DNA of 64,000 bases, from contig CBDCKW010000009.1 of NCBI GenBank assembly GCA_965218435.1, positions 1,600,001 to 1,664,000 of the forward strand, in the 5' to 3' direction. Source of the DNA: Truepera sp. Lineage in GTDB: Bacteria; Deinococcota; Deinococci; Deinococcales; Trueperaceae. Of the stretch, positions 51,507 to 61,855 are shown in pieces; within the stretch, counting starts at the first letter, position 1, and each line of letters begins with the position of its first letter. The notes beneath the pieces were generated by a model, which was not told where the DNA came from, ran no database searches, and saw only the letters and a program-made list of their open reading frames with translations. Both the position numbers and the translations under genes were made by a program.

Positions 51507-52811
51507 CTAACCTTTAACGCCACCAGCCGTGTACTGCCCGGTGAGCGCATTTTGAAACGAGTAAAAAATAATTAAAATCGGTAGACTACCCAAAACGGCG
51601 CTCGCCGCCAGCGTGCCCCACTGCGTCTGAAACCGGCTGCTGGTCAGCGCCCGCAGACCGATGCCGACGGTCCATTTGTCGTCACCGGTCAAGAGGATAT
51701 TCGCCAAGATGAATTCGCTGTAGGTACCGATAAACTGCAACAAAAAGATGAACAGCAGCATCGGCACGCTGATGGGCAAGATAATCCGCCAAAACGCGCC
51801 CCAGCGGGTGGCACCGTCAACCATCGCCGCTTCTTCCAAACTCGGGCTGATAGACTCCAAGTAGCCCTTAAAAATCCACGAGGCAAAGGCGATCGCGCCG
51901 CCGGAATAGGCCAAAATCAGTCCGGCGAAGGTGTTTAACAGCCCTAAAAAGTTCATCAGATAAAAAATGGCGACCAGCGCCATAAAACCGGGAAACATCT
52001 GGACGAAGATAAAGCTCAGGAGCGTGCCGTAACGCCCTTCAAACTTCATCCGGGCGAAGGCGTACCCGGCGGTGGTACTGATGGCGACGGCAAAAAGTCC
52101 GGTCAAGCCGGAAACGAAGAGCGTATTGCGGATAAACAGCACGACTTTTTTCTCACTGCTCGAGGCCACCCGCTCGCCCGCTTCGTTGACTGAAAAAAAC
52201 TGGTTGTTATTGACGCTGATGACGAGCACCGCCGCGCTGCCGACGAGTGTCCAGATGGCGGCGGTGCGTACCCTTTCGGCGACGCGTGATTCCGGGTTTG
52301 AACGGCTCGCTATAATGGCTCCGATCAGCACCACGGCAGCTACAACCAAGAGCCCGACCAGCACCCACTGATACCAAAACAGGTGCGTTTCACTTAGAAC
52401 GTCTCGGTACTGCACCAAGGAAAACTTTGACGGGTCCGGCAAGATACCGGCCCGCACGAGCAGGTTACCCGCGCGGGGCGGCGGGGCGCTGAGGTTGTTG
52501 ATCCGGTTAAACGAGACCGCTAACAGGTTGATGACCGGGTAGAGCGTCAAGAGGATAAAAACCCAGATAAAGGTGTGGCTCGTCGCGGTCAGCGCGTAGG
52601 CCCCGGCTTTGGCGGGCCGCGTGGCGCGCCCGTAAAAATATGCGCCTAAAATAACGACAGCGGCAACGACGGCAAACCCGATCAACAGCCGCAACCAACC
52701 GTAGGGAACGATTAAAAAGCGGTTTCGGTCAATTTGGGCGAAGACGACACCTAGAGACAAGAGTCCGAGGCACGCGCTAGTACGAAACCCCATACGAAAA
52801 AATCTATTCAT
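51507..52811 (-). CDS. malG: Maltose/maltodextrin ABC permease MalG-like
   Basis: AGYAFAR..F.GR, QMFP, IFKGY.ESI..SLEEAA.VDGA; extended N-terminus. Confidence 0.8.
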   Translation of the reverse strand: MNRFFRMGFRTSACLGLLSLGVVFAQIDRNRFLIVPYGWLRLLIGFAVVAAVVILGAYFYGRATRPAKAGAYALTATSHTFIWVFILLTLYPVINLLAVSFNRINNLSAPPPRAGNLLVRAGILPDPSKFSLVQYRDVLSETHLFWYQWVLVGLLVVAAVVLIGAIIASRSNPESRVAERVRTAAIWTLVGSAAVLVISVNNNQFFSVNEAGERVASSSEKKVVLFIRNTLFVSGLTGLFAVAISTTAGYAFARMKFEGRYGTLLSFIFVQMFPGFMALVAIFYLMNFLGLLNTFAGLILAYSGGAIAFASWIFKGYLESISPSLEEAAMVDGATRWGAFWRIILPISVPMLLFIFLLQFIGTYSEFILANILLTGDDKWTVGIGLRALTSSRFQTQWGTLAASAVLGSLPILIIFYSFQNALTGQYTAGGVKG

Positions 52812-54412
52812 GCGTTGGACTCCTCTTTAAGCGCCCCGGTCACGCGGAAGTTGATCAAACTGACAGCGATAGTGATAAAAAAGATCAGCAGCGAAATAGC
52901 CGACCCCAACCCGTAAGCGAATCCCCCTTGAGAGCGAAACGCCTCGTTATAGGCCCACGAGATCAAGATGTCCGTACCACGCGCGGTTGAGGTGCCGCCG
53001 TCGTAACCGGGGCCGCCGTCGGTCAACAAGTAGATGATGTTGAAGTTGTTGAAATTAAAGGCAAATCCTGTCAGTGTAATCGGAATGAGCGCGGTGCGGA
53101 GAAGTGGCAAGGTCACCCCGGTGACCCGCTGCCAGATATTCGCACCGTCTATTTTGGCCGCTTCGTAAAGGTCGGCGGGAATCGCCGAGAGCGCCCCCAA
53201 CGTGGCCGTCATCATAAACGGTAACCCCAACCAGAGGTTGACGAGCAAAATCGCGGCTCTGGCAGGCCACACGTCATTCAGCCAGTCGAGCACGGGTAGA
53301 TCCAAAAGCGCCAAGGTACGGTTGATCGCACCGAAGTTCGAGTTCAAAAACCCTTTCCAAATTTGAATCGTAATGATGTTGGGGAGCGCCCAGGGGACGA
53401 TCAGCAGCGTGCGGTAGAGGTTGCGAAACTTTAGATCGGGGTTGTTTAAGAAGATCGCCAAAAATACGCCGAAAACCGTGTTGATGACAATCGTCGAGAC
53501 GGCAAACAAGAGGTTCCACAAAAAAACCGGGCCGAGCGACCGGCTCGCCTGCCGAAAGATCGCACGAAAGTTCTGCCAACCGACCAAGCCAAAGTCGTTG
53601 TAACGGGTAACCGAGGTATACGTGGCCCCTTCAGGCAGCGGCGCGTTTAAGGTGATGGTGTTGCCCTTAACGGAGAGCATCGTCCGGCGGATACCTTGGG
53701 CAGGGACGGCGACGCCGACGTTTTCTAAGTTGACTGCGCCGGGGGGCGCACGCTCCAACGTCAGGACGTTGCCGTCTACTTTTGTCACGTTAAACTCGGC
53801 GTTAAAGCCGATGTCGGTGAGCTCGAGCGTCACGACCGTCGGCGTCTCACCTTCGGGGAGCGGCTCAGCGAGGGTTAAGGTGGTGCCCTCGAGCGACGTT
53901 GCCGCGACCGTCAAACTGCCTGACACGTCAACGATAGCCGCAACGCCCGTACAGCCGTTCCTTAGGGCTTGACAGCGCAGCGTCGCACTATCGGCAACCT
54001 CGAGGGTGGCCCCCTGCACGCCCGTAATCTCTGTACGGCTGCTGATATTTAGCTCACCGTTACGAACGCCCGCATAGTCGGTAAACGCCAGAATGACGGT
54101 GAGGACCACCGGGAAAAGCGCAAAGGTCAGCAAAAATAAGATAGACGGCAACAGGTAGTACCACGGCATAATCCATTCAAAACGCCGAGCGATGACCTGG
54201 AGGGCGATAATTAGCGCCGCCAAACCGACCAACACACCGAGGTAGGGAGGCGCAGCGGGAAAGGCGCGTTGCGCGAGCCATAACCCGAGAAACCCGACTA
54301 CGCCCGCGATAGTAATAGCGAGCAGCAGCAGCAAGAGCGCCTTCCAGAGCCGCTGGCCGGTACCCCCGGAACCTTTAGGCAGATAGTCCGAAACCTGACG
54401 CGAGATGTCCAT
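52808..54412 (-). CDS. malF: Maltose/maltodextrin ABC permease MalF-like with large periplasmic loop
   Basis: AFTDY, NLWLG.PFMM, LYEAA.IDGA, FAFNFNNF and TDIL. Confidence 0.82.
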   Translation of the reverse strand: MDISRQVSDYLPKGSGGTGQRLWKALLLLLLAITIAGVVGFLGLWLAQRAFPAAPPYLGVLVGLAALIIALQVIARRFEWIMPWYYLLPSILFLLTFALFPVVLTVILAFTDYAGVRNGELNISSRTEITGVQGATLEVADSATLRCQALRNGCTGVAAIVDVSGSLTVAATSLEGTTLTLAEPLPEGETPTVVTLELTDIGFNAEFNVTKVDGNVLTLERAPPGAVNLENVGVAVPAQGIRRTMLSVKGNTITLNAPLPEGATYTSVTRYNDFGLVGWQNFRAIFRQASRSLGPVFLWNLLFAVSTIVINTVFGVFLAIFLNNPDLKFRNLYRTLLIVPWALPNIITIQIWKGFLNSNFGAINRTLALLDLPVLDWLNDVWPARAAILLVNLWLGLPFMMTATLGALSAIPADLYEAAKIDGANIWQRVTGVTLPLLRTALIPITLTGFAFNFNNFNIIYLLTDGGPGYDGGTSTARGTDILISWAYNEAFRSQGGFAYGLGSAISLLIFFITIAVSLINFRVTGALKEESNA

Positions 54413-54575
54413 CAGCGACCCCTTTTGCTCGTCAGCGTCATCACCCGACGAGCGGCACCGTGCAATGTCATCATTGTGCTTGTTACCAAACTACAAATAA
54501 ACGTTTATGTGTACCGTCAACTGCTAAAAATAGAGTGCCGGGCGGTTAGACCCAGCACCTTATACGTTAGTTAAC

Positions 54576-55766
54576 CTAATTTCCTTCGATTTGCGCGACC
54601 GCGCTCCCAAGCACCTTGGCCGGGTCTGAGTTCTGGCTTTCCAACAAGACGGCGAGCGCGTCCGCCATCGGCTGCCAGACGTTACCCATTTCAGGAATGT
54701 TCGGCATCGGCTCGGCTCCCTCGTAGGCTTGGATAAACCCTGAGATGATCGGATCGTCGGCAACTTCCGCGGCGGCAGCTTGCGAGGTCGGGATGCGGCC
54801 GCTTTGCTGCGCGAGTTTAATCTGCGCGTCGGGGCGGGTCAGCCATTTGGCAAAGTTCGCGGCGTCCGACTTGTTTTGCGAAAACTCGTTTAAGAGCACA
54901 CCCTGAACGCCGATAAAGCCTTTCCAGGTGGTGCCGTCGGCCAGCGGCGGCAGCGGCATCGCGGCGACGGGAATCCCGGCGTTTCGCGCGTTGGCGATAG
55001 ACCAGGGACCGTTATACATCATCGCGGCTGAGCCTTCGTTAAATAAGCCTTCAGTCACCGACGAATCGGTTCCGGGCGGAATCAGGCCGTAGTCGTACTG
55101 GAGCGCCTTGATCTGCTCGGCCCCTTTGACGGCACCCTCGTTATCGAGGCCCACGTCACTCGGGGTGAGATTACCGTCGGCGTCCCGCTTAAAGACGTAG
55201 CCCCCGTTTGAATGAAGCCAGTTGTACGCAAAGTAAAAGTTTTTGTCATCGAATAAAAAGCCGTAGGTGTCGCCGCTGGTCAGCTTTTGCGCTTTGGTGA
55301 TCAGCTCTTCGTAGGTTTTAGGGAACTCGCTCTCGGGTACGAGGTCGGTATTGACGACGAGCGCCGGACCCTCCGAATAGACGGGTAACCCGAAGAGCCG
55401 CCCGTTAAAGGTAAACGCCAGCCGCGCCTGCTCGCTCAGGTCGGCGAGGTAGTCTTTGGTCGCAAACTGCGACATATCGGCTAACACGCCGCCTGCGGCG
55501 AGTTCACCGATCTGGTCATGCGGGAGCGTGACGATCAGGTCGGCAGCTTCGCCCTGCGGCGCGGCGAGGAGCATTTTTTGCTTGAGCTCGGACAGCTCGA
55601 CTTTAGTGATCTGTACGGGAACGCCGAACGCGGCCTCAAAGCTCGCGGCTTCACCCTGGAGCCACTCGAGGTCCGTCTCGCCGAAGTGACTCCAGACCGT
55701 GATGCCCTGAGCGGACGTTAAACCCAGGCTCAGCAAGAGAGAAAGCGCGACCATCAGCCTTTTCAT
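54576..55766 (-). CDS. malE: Maltose/maltodextrin ABC substrate-binding protein
   Basis: Signal peptide; PHD.IG, AMM.NGPW, F.GVQG and MPNIPEM..VW. Confidence 0.85.
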   Translation of the reverse strand: MKRLMVALSLLLSLGLTSAQGITVWSHFGETDLEWLQGEAASFEAAFGVPVQITKVELSELKQKMLLAAPQGEAADLIVTLPHDQIGELAAGGVLADMSQFATKDYLADLSEQARLAFTFNGRLFGLPVYSEGPALVVNTDLVPESEFPKTYEELITKAQKLTSGDTYGFLFDDKNFYFAYNWLHSNGGYVFKRDADGNLTPSDVGLDNEGAVKGAEQIKALQYDYGLIPPGTDSSVTEGLFNEGSAAMMYNGPWSIANARNAGIPVAAMPLPPLADGTTWKGFIGVQGVLLNEFSQNKSDAANFAKWLTRPDAQIKLAQQSGRIPTSQAAAAEVADDPIISGFIQAYEGAEPMPNIPEMGNVWQPMADALAVLLESQNSDPAKVLGSAVAQIEGN

Positions 55767-55961
55767 AGTGTTCCTTTCGACCCGCTGCTGAAGTGCGCGG
55801 GTGACCCTAACGGGTGCTTGCTTTTATTTGCTTACACTCTCAAGCTTACACAAAAAAGCGGACGCGGTAAAGCGAATTCGGCTTCTAACCAGAAGTCGGG
55901 CGGTCTACTATTTTCTAAAGTTAAAAATGCTTTTCGGCTTGTCTTCTAAGGTATTACCGGG

Positions 55962-57104
55962 TTAGCTAGCGGCGCTGTAGCGTCCACTCGGCAGGGTGTG
56001 AATGACGCCCTCGAGCTCTAAAATCGTCAAAGTCGGCAGCAGTTCGGGCGCACTTTTACCCGTGGCGACGATCAGCTCATCTAACAGCGGTTCACCGCGA
56101 CGACGAATCAAGCTGACAAGCTCGCCGAGAAAACCGGGTAGCTCGGGTTTGACGGGTGAAGAAGCTGGTGTACTGACCGAAGAAAGTATTGAGGCAGGCG
56201 TGTGCGGCCAGCCGAATTCGTTGCGAACGTCGTCGGTACTCTGCGTCAAGACCGCACCTTGTTTAAGTAGACCGAGCACCCCTTCAGCTTTCGGGTCGCC
56301 GATCCTACCGGGGACGGCAAAGACGCTCCGGCCCTCCTCGAGCGCGTACTCCGCCGTAATCAAAGCGCCCGACTTGAGACCTCCTTCGACAACCAGCACG
56401 CCTTTTGAAAGCCCGTTAATAATGCGGTTACGACCCGGAAAATATTCGGCCCTTGGCGTGGTACCGAGGCGGTATTCGCTGACCACCGCGCCCCGACCCG
56501 CTAAAATACGTTCGGCCAAGCGGCGGTTGCCGCCGGGATAGATGATGTCTACGCTCGAGCCCAAAACCGCAACTGTCTGCCCGTCCGCTGCGGCCAACGC
56601 GCCCTCGTGCGCGGCAGTGTCTACGCCTAACGCCAACCCTGAAACGATGGTGACGCCCGTCCCGGCCAGCTCCTGGGAAAAGCGGTGGCTCAGGTCTAAC
56701 CCGTAAGCACTCGCGTTACGCGTACCGACGACGCCCAGGCTGTAGAGCTCGGATAGTTCGCCCCGCACAGCTTTGGGTAGTGCGCCGCGTACATAAAGAA
56801 CGGGCGGCGGGTCGTAAATCTGCGCGAGCGCCGCCGGATACTCAGGGGTGCCGAGTGTCAGCAAGCTCACGCCTAGCCGTTCGGCGCGTCTTAGCTCAGC
56901 GTCGGCTTTGGTTTGTGCGGCTGCCCGAGTGCTCACGATAGCCTCCGCAAGTTTGCGGCCGATACCTTCGGCCTGCGTGAGTTCGGCTACCGCCAAGGTT
57001 GGGAGTACACTGCTGCCAAAATGCTCGACCAAACCTCTGATCTTGCGCGGTCCCAGTCCGGGGGTAAAGTTAAGGGTCAAAAGCGCGTGAAGTGCGGAGG
57101 TCAT
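55962..57104 (-). CDS. dprA: DNA-processing protein DprA
   Basis: DPPPVLY.RG, VGTR, VSGLALGVD.AAH, F..RNRII.GLS and SGALITA..A. Confidence 0.95.
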   Translation of the reverse strand: MTSALHALLTLNFTPGLGPRKIRGLVEHFGSSVLPTLAVAELTQAEGIGRKLAEAIVSTRAAAQTKADAELRRAERLGVSLLTLGTPEYPAALAQIYDPPPVLYVRGALPKAVRGELSELYSLGVVGTRNASAYGLDLSHRFSQELAGTGVTIVSGLALGVDTAAHEGALAAADGQTVAVLGSSVDIIYPGGNRRLAERILAGRGAVVSEYRLGTTPRAEYFPGRNRIINGLSKGVLVVEGGLKSGALITAEYALEEGRSVFAVPGRIGDPKAEGVLGLLKQGAVLTQSTDDVRNEFGWPHTPASILSSVSTPASSPVKPELPGFLGELVSLIRRRGEPLLDELIVATGKSAPELLPTLTILELEGVIHTLPSGRYSAAS

Positions 57105-57312
57105 GTGAGGGCAATCGTAACAGGCGGGGGCGGTGACGCCGATGAAGTTTTACGCGCACTCAGGTACCGGCTATTGGCTACCGCTGCACGACCTTAAAGC
57201 AGCTGTTGACCTTAATATTTTTATCATGTTTTTGTTATCGCTGAGGGCTGAGAACTGACCTCTTTACACCACGTTGTAGAGGCCCCCGACTGGTTTTAGC
57301 AGGTCAGCAAGC

Positions 57313-60168
57313 TCAGTTCATCAGAGAGCTGGGCGTCACCTTAGGCTGTGTGTGGTTTAGGGTGCCGAGGTGTTCCCAGGGCAAAGGTTTAGCGTAGTAG
57401 TAACCCTGCATCAGGGTACAGCCGAGCCCGCGCAAGAGGGTCACCTGGTCTTCGGTTTCAACCCCTTCGGCGACGACCTCGAGCCCGAGCCGCTCCGCGA
57501 ACGCCATAATCGTCCGGACGATCTCCAAACTTTTATGGTCAAAACTCATGCGGCTGACAAACGAGCGGTCGATTTTAAGGCTGTGAATCGGCAGGTCGTG
57601 CGCGTAAGCAAGGGACGAGTAACCGGTACCGAAGTCGTCCATCGCCAGCTTGACGCCTAAGTCTCTCAGTTGCGCCAGCAACCCGATCATCCGTTCGGGC
57701 TCCTCCATTACCGCACTTTCGGTGACCTCGAGCTCGAGCCGCGCCGGACATACGCCGGTTCGCAAGAGCAGCGCCGCCAGCCACGCCACCAATTCCGGAT
57801 CGCCGAGCTGCCGCGCGGAGAGGTTGACCGCGAGACTGAGCTGTTCGTCCGGGCTGCCCCGCAGCCGATCGCAGGCTTGGGTGAGCACCCACCGGCCCAG
57901 CTCGACGATAAGCCCGGTTTCTTCGGCGAGCGGGATAAAGTCGGCGGGCGAGATGAGGCCGCGGCTTGGATGCTGCCAGCGCAAAAGCACTTCAAAAGCG
58001 GCGGTATGCGTTTCAGCGAGCGACACGATAGGTTGGTAAACCAAGAGAAATTCGCGCCGCTGCAGAGCTCCGCGCAGATCGGCCTCGAGCCGCTGACGCT
58101 GAACGATCCGTTCCCGCATCTTTTGGTCAAAATATACCCAGGGTCGCCGCGCTTTTTTCGCCTCATACATCGCCACGTCGGCGTCGCGGAGCAGGTCTTC
58201 AGGACCGCCTTGTTCGGCCCCACTTTGTTCGGCCCCACCTTGTTTAGCCAGGTATCCGGACACGGGCCAGACAATCCCGATGCTGGCGCTCGTCTCAACC
58301 TGATGCTCGTCTAGCAAATAAGGTGCGGCGAGGGCTGCAGTTGTCCGCTCCAGCACCCCGGCAATTCCCTCCGCGGTGACGTCGCCAAGTAGCAGCACGA
58401 ACTCGTCGCCCCCCAAACGCGCGACCATATCGCCGTGCCGGACTGCGCCCAGTAAGCGCCGCCCGACCTCATTTAAGAGCAGGTCGCCGACGTAGTGGCC
58501 GAGTGAATCGTTAATGACCTTGAAGCGGTTGAGGTCTAAAAACAGCAGGGCGGTGCGGGACGCTTCGCCCTGTTGCGCTGTGTTTGTCTCTGTAGTTATC
58601 TCTGCGATTGTCGCCGTGGTTTTTTTTGTGGTTTTTTCCGTAGCTGGTTCTGGCGCAAGGAGCTGGGTCAGGCGGCGCGTCAGCAGCAGCCGGTTGGGAA
58701 GTCCGGTCAGCGGATCGAAGATGCCGCGCTGACTGAGGTCGGTCAGTGAGCCCGTGATACTTACCGCTGCGCCGTTTTCGTCGTAGACGGCGACGCCGCG
58801 GCTTAACATCCAGCAGTAACCTGCTCGGGGCAAAGCCTGGGTTGACAGCTCGGTAGGCAGCTGAGTTGACATCCGAAATTCACCCTCGAGCTTGGGCGTC
58901 AAACCTGCCAGGTGATCGTCAAACAAGCGGCGGACGCGGGCCTGGTCATCCGGGTGAACCGCGTCTATAAAAAATCCCGGACCTTCGCGGCGCGCCGCTT
59001 CGGGGTAGCCGAGCATGGCGGCGTAGCGAGGTGAATAGTAGACCGTGTTCGTCTCCAGATTCCAGTCCCAGAGCCCGTCGTTGACCCCCCTTTCAGCGCG
59101 GGCGTAGCGCGCTTCGCTCTCCCGCAAACTCTTTTGCGCCTCACTGAGCGAGGCCAACATCACGTTGAGGTCGCGGCCGACACGCGCTAGTTCGTCACGG
59201 CCGGGGAGCGAAATACGCCGCGCCGCGTCGCCGCTCTCGGCAATCTCTTGAACGGCGGTGCTGAGCCGAGTAAAGCGCCGCAACAGCCCCCGTTGCAACA
59301 GCAGCAGGAGCGCGAGCCCCGCAGCGACGCCTACAGCGAGGGTTAGTCCGGTAAGGATGCGGCGGCTGCGCCGCGCCTGGAGATAGATAGGTCGGGGCGC
59401 GTCAAGCTGGAGCAGCAGCGCCGGTTGCCCCGTCAGGTCGGATAACAACGTGTAGCCTGCAATCCGGCTCTCGCTGAGCGGTCGGCTCAGCTTACTGTCC
59501 CGCTCCCGAGTTAGCAGGTCGTCTCTAGCCGCTAAAACGTTCGGCGGCAACGCTTCGTCGTCCAGGCGGTAGAACTTGACCTCGAGCTGCACCAGATTGC
59601 CAAACGTTCTGGCGACCCGGACGTCTACAAATTTGCCGATCACGACTGAACCGTGAACCGGCCCCCGGTACTCGCTCGTGACGATAGGAGCCGAGGCGAC
59701 CAGCAGCACCGCGTCCGGCAGCACCGCGAGTCCGGCAGTGCGGTGCGGCGTAGTCGGGCCTTCGAGATAAGCTTTGACGTTTTCCGGGAGCGGAACCGGA
59801 ACACTCCAGTCGAGGTTAAAAGCTTTCGCGGCGACGACTTTTCCGGCGGTACCGGTAAACGCAAAAAAGTTGACATTGAGATTTTTAACCGCGTCGTCGC
59901 TCAGGTTACGCCTAATGTACCCTTGATTATGGTCGGCCATAAACTTGTAGGTGTCGTCCCAGGCAGCGTAGTCTCTCGCAGTGACCGCTAAATGCTGCAC
60001 TTCTCTCGTCCACGCCTGTTCAGCGCGGTCTAAATTGGCGAGCATCTGCTCGTTCTCGAGCTGTGCGAAACTTTGCAGCAGCACCCGCGACGTAGCTAGA
60101 TAAAGTCCTAAAACAACCGTACCGACCACCGCTAAAGCGTAAAGCGCAAACCGCACCCGCAAACTCAT
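57313..60168 (-). CDS. Membrane sensor diguanylate cyclase/phosphodiesterase (CHASE4-HAMP-PAS-GGDEF-EAL)
   Basis: DYA.WDDTY (CHASE4), HAMP DEL..V, PAS GLWDW / HPDD, RLGGDEF, EVLLRW and DDFGTGYSSL. Confidence 0.92.
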   Translation of the reverse strand: MSLRVRFALYALAVVGTVVLGLYLATSRVLLQSFAQLENEQMLANLDRAEQAWTREVQHLAVTARDYAAWDDTYKFMADHNQGYIRRNLSDDAVKNLNVNFFAFTGTAGKVVAAKAFNLDWSVPVPLPENVKAYLEGPTTPHRTAGLAVLPDAVLLVASAPIVTSEYRGPVHGSVVIGKFVDVRVARTFGNLVQLEVKFYRLDDEALPPNVLAARDDLLTRERDSKLSRPLSESRIAGYTLLSDLTGQPALLLQLDAPRPIYLQARRSRRILTGLTLAVGVAAGLALLLLLQRGLLRRFTRLSTAVQEIAESGDAARRISLPGRDELARVGRDLNVMLASLSEAQKSLRESEARYARAERGVNDGLWDWNLETNTVYYSPRYAAMLGYPEAARREGPGFFIDAVHPDDQARVRRLFDDHLAGLTPKLEGEFRMSTQLPTELSTQALPRAGYCWMLSRGVAVYDENGAAVSITGSLTDLSQRGIFDPLTGLPNRLLLTRRLTQLLAPEPATEKTTKKTTATIAEITTETNTAQQGEASRTALLFLDLNRFKVINDSLGHYVGDLLLNEVGRRLLGAVRHGDMVARLGGDEFVLLLGDVTAEGIAGVLERTTAALAAPYLLDEHQVETSASIGIVWPVSGYLAKQGGAEQSGAEQGGPEDLLRDADVAMYEAKKARRPWVYFDQKMRERIVQRQRLEADLRGALQRREFLLVYQPIVSLAETHTAAFEVLLRWQHPSRGLISPADFIPLAEETGLIVELGRWVLTQACDRLRGSPDEQLSLAVNLSARQLGDPELVAWLAALLLRTGVCPARLELEVTESAVMEEPERMIGLLAQLRDLGVKLAMDDFGTGYSSLAYAHDLPIHSLKIDRSFVSRMSFDHKSLEIVRTIMAFAERLGLEVVAEGVETEDQVTLLRGLGCTLMQGYYYAKPLPWEHLGTLNHTQPKVTPSSLMN

Positions 60169-60601
60169 GGTTACACTCTACTGAAAGAACACTTACAAAA
60201 TTCATACTATTTATCACAGCTCTTCAGTTTAGCAAGATACACCCCAATTTGAGAAAGGGCTGACTGCATAGAAAAAGAGGCTGAAACAGTGTGTGAGCAA
60301 AATTTTAACCCTCAAAAAGATTGTACAAAGTGTAAAAAGCCTAGAGCTAGCCGAACGAAGAAAAGCCGCGCAGGGTCACAGACTTCTTTATGCAGACAGT
60401 ATCATCGCCTTAGCGGTGTATCAAAAGCTGGCAGGGTTTAAGGCTAGCTAGAAGAACTCGGCCGTACTCTCGTCTTTGGCCACGGCTCTGTTTGCTCTGT
60501 CTACCTTCGCCGAGCACAAGGCGGCACTGGCATTGATATCTTTAAGTAAGTACGTCACGCGCCGTGGACTAGGCGCTTAACTCAGCAAACACAATACCTA
60601 C

Positions 60602-60630
60602 TTGAAACGATTCAAAAAGTGTGTTATCGT
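60602..60630 (+). promoter_or_regulatory. Promoter with overlapping LacI-family operator
   Basis: TTGAAA - 17 nt - TATCGT; the near-palindrome TTGAAACGATTCAA (60602-60615) has the central CG typical of LacI-family sites. Confidence 0.7.
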
Positions 60631-60658
60631 TGCCTTATCTAAAGCGAAGCGGAGTTGT

Positions 60659-61663
60659 ATGGCTACGATGAAAGACGTTGCGAGAGCGGCGGGCGTATCT
60701 TTAGGGAGCGTCTCGCACTATCTGAACGACCGGGTGCCGGTGTCGCCTGCCAAGGCGGAGCGGATACAACGGGCGATTGACGCGCTCGGCTACCGGGTTG
60801 ATCAGGGAGCGCGTTCTTTACGGCGAGGTCAAACACAGACAGTCGGCCTGATTATTCCCGATATTTCCAACCCTTTTTATGCAGAGTTGGCGAGGGCTAT
60901 CGAACACCGGTTGTGGGACCAGGGCTTCCAAACTTTTTTGTGCGATTCAGCGCACGACGCCGCGCGTGAACGGGCACACTTTCTTAATCTGCTCGACCGC
61001 CGCGCCGACGGTATTTTGGTCATCTATAGCAGCGAAACGAGCGACTTGCCCGAACTTGCGGAAGCGACCCAGACACCTGTTGTTTTTTTAGACCGACCCG
61101 TCACGGGGCAGGTTTCGGTCTCCTCAGACAACCGTTTGGGCGGCCAGTTGGCTGCAGAGCATCTGCTGAGTTTCGGTCATACCCGTATCGGCGCACTCGT
61201 CGGCGACGCCGAGGTGTCGAATATGCGTTCACGAATGGACGGGTTTACAGCGGCGCTCACTGAGGGTGGGGTGAGGCTCGAGCCTCCCTATATCTGCTAC
61301 GGCGCACAAGACCTATCTCTTGGCGAACGCGCTGCAGAACTGATGCGCTTGCCTGAACCGCCGACCGCAATTTTTGCGACCAACGACATCGTAGCCGTAG
61401 GCGCGTGGCGGACGCTTTTAGGCCGGGGCTACCGTATCCCGGAGGATGTGTCGCTTTTGGGATTTGACGACATCGAGATGGGGCGGCTTCTCCTGCCCGC
61501 ACTAACGACCGTAGCCCAAGATATTTCTGCGCTCGGCGCGCACGCCGCCGAGCTGCTCCTGAATCCGACCGAACTCCCGGCGCACGCGCGCAGCGCCATC
61601 ATCACGCCACAGCTCATCCACCGGGGTTCGACGGCGGCCCCACGAGAAAGGAGCACCATGTAG
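60659..61663 (+). CDS. LacI family transcriptional regulator
   Basis: TMKDVARAAGVS.GSVS HTH, ARSL, GFDD and LTTV.Q; ATG 60659 after GGAG. Confidence 0.95.
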   Translation: MATMKDVARAAGVSLGSVSHYLNDRVPVSPAKAERIQRAIDALGYRVDQGARSLRRGQTQTVGLIIPDISNPFYAELARAIEHRLWDQGFQTFLCDSAHDAARERAHFLNLLDRRADGILVIYSSETSDLPELAEATQTPVVFLDRPVTGQVSVSSDNRLGGQLAAEHLLSFGHTRIGALVGDAEVSNMRSRMDGFTAALTEGGVRLEPPYICYGAQDLSLGERAAELMRLPEPPTAIFATNDIVAVGAWRTLLGRGYRIPEDVSLLGFDDIEMGRLLLPALTTVAQDISALGAHAAELLLNPTELPAHARSAIITPQLIHRGSTAAPRERSTM

Positions 61664-61802
61664 AGGCTCGACGATATGCCCCAGTTAGACTTCCGTATCC
61701 GTTTAGACCGTACTAACTCCGCACCAGTAGGTATCCGTCGCCCCTTACTCGAGTCCAATCTTCCCGGGCAACAGCCCGAGGTCAGCTAAGGGCTGGCTTA
61801 CG

Positions 61803-61842
61803 AACCTAAATAAGTTGTAAACCTAATAAGTTGTAAACCTAA
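61803..61842. repeat. Short tandem repeat (AACCTAA[A]TAAGTTGTA x2 + AACCTAA) running into the SD
   Basis: Read directly upstream of the SBP start codon. Confidence 0.8.
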
Positions 61843-61855
61843 GGAGGAGAAAGCA

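Noticed and set aside
61676..61789. 37-aa ORF between the LacI gene and the SBP gene
   Set aside because: Weak SD and no recognisable features; cannot be supported from sequence alone.
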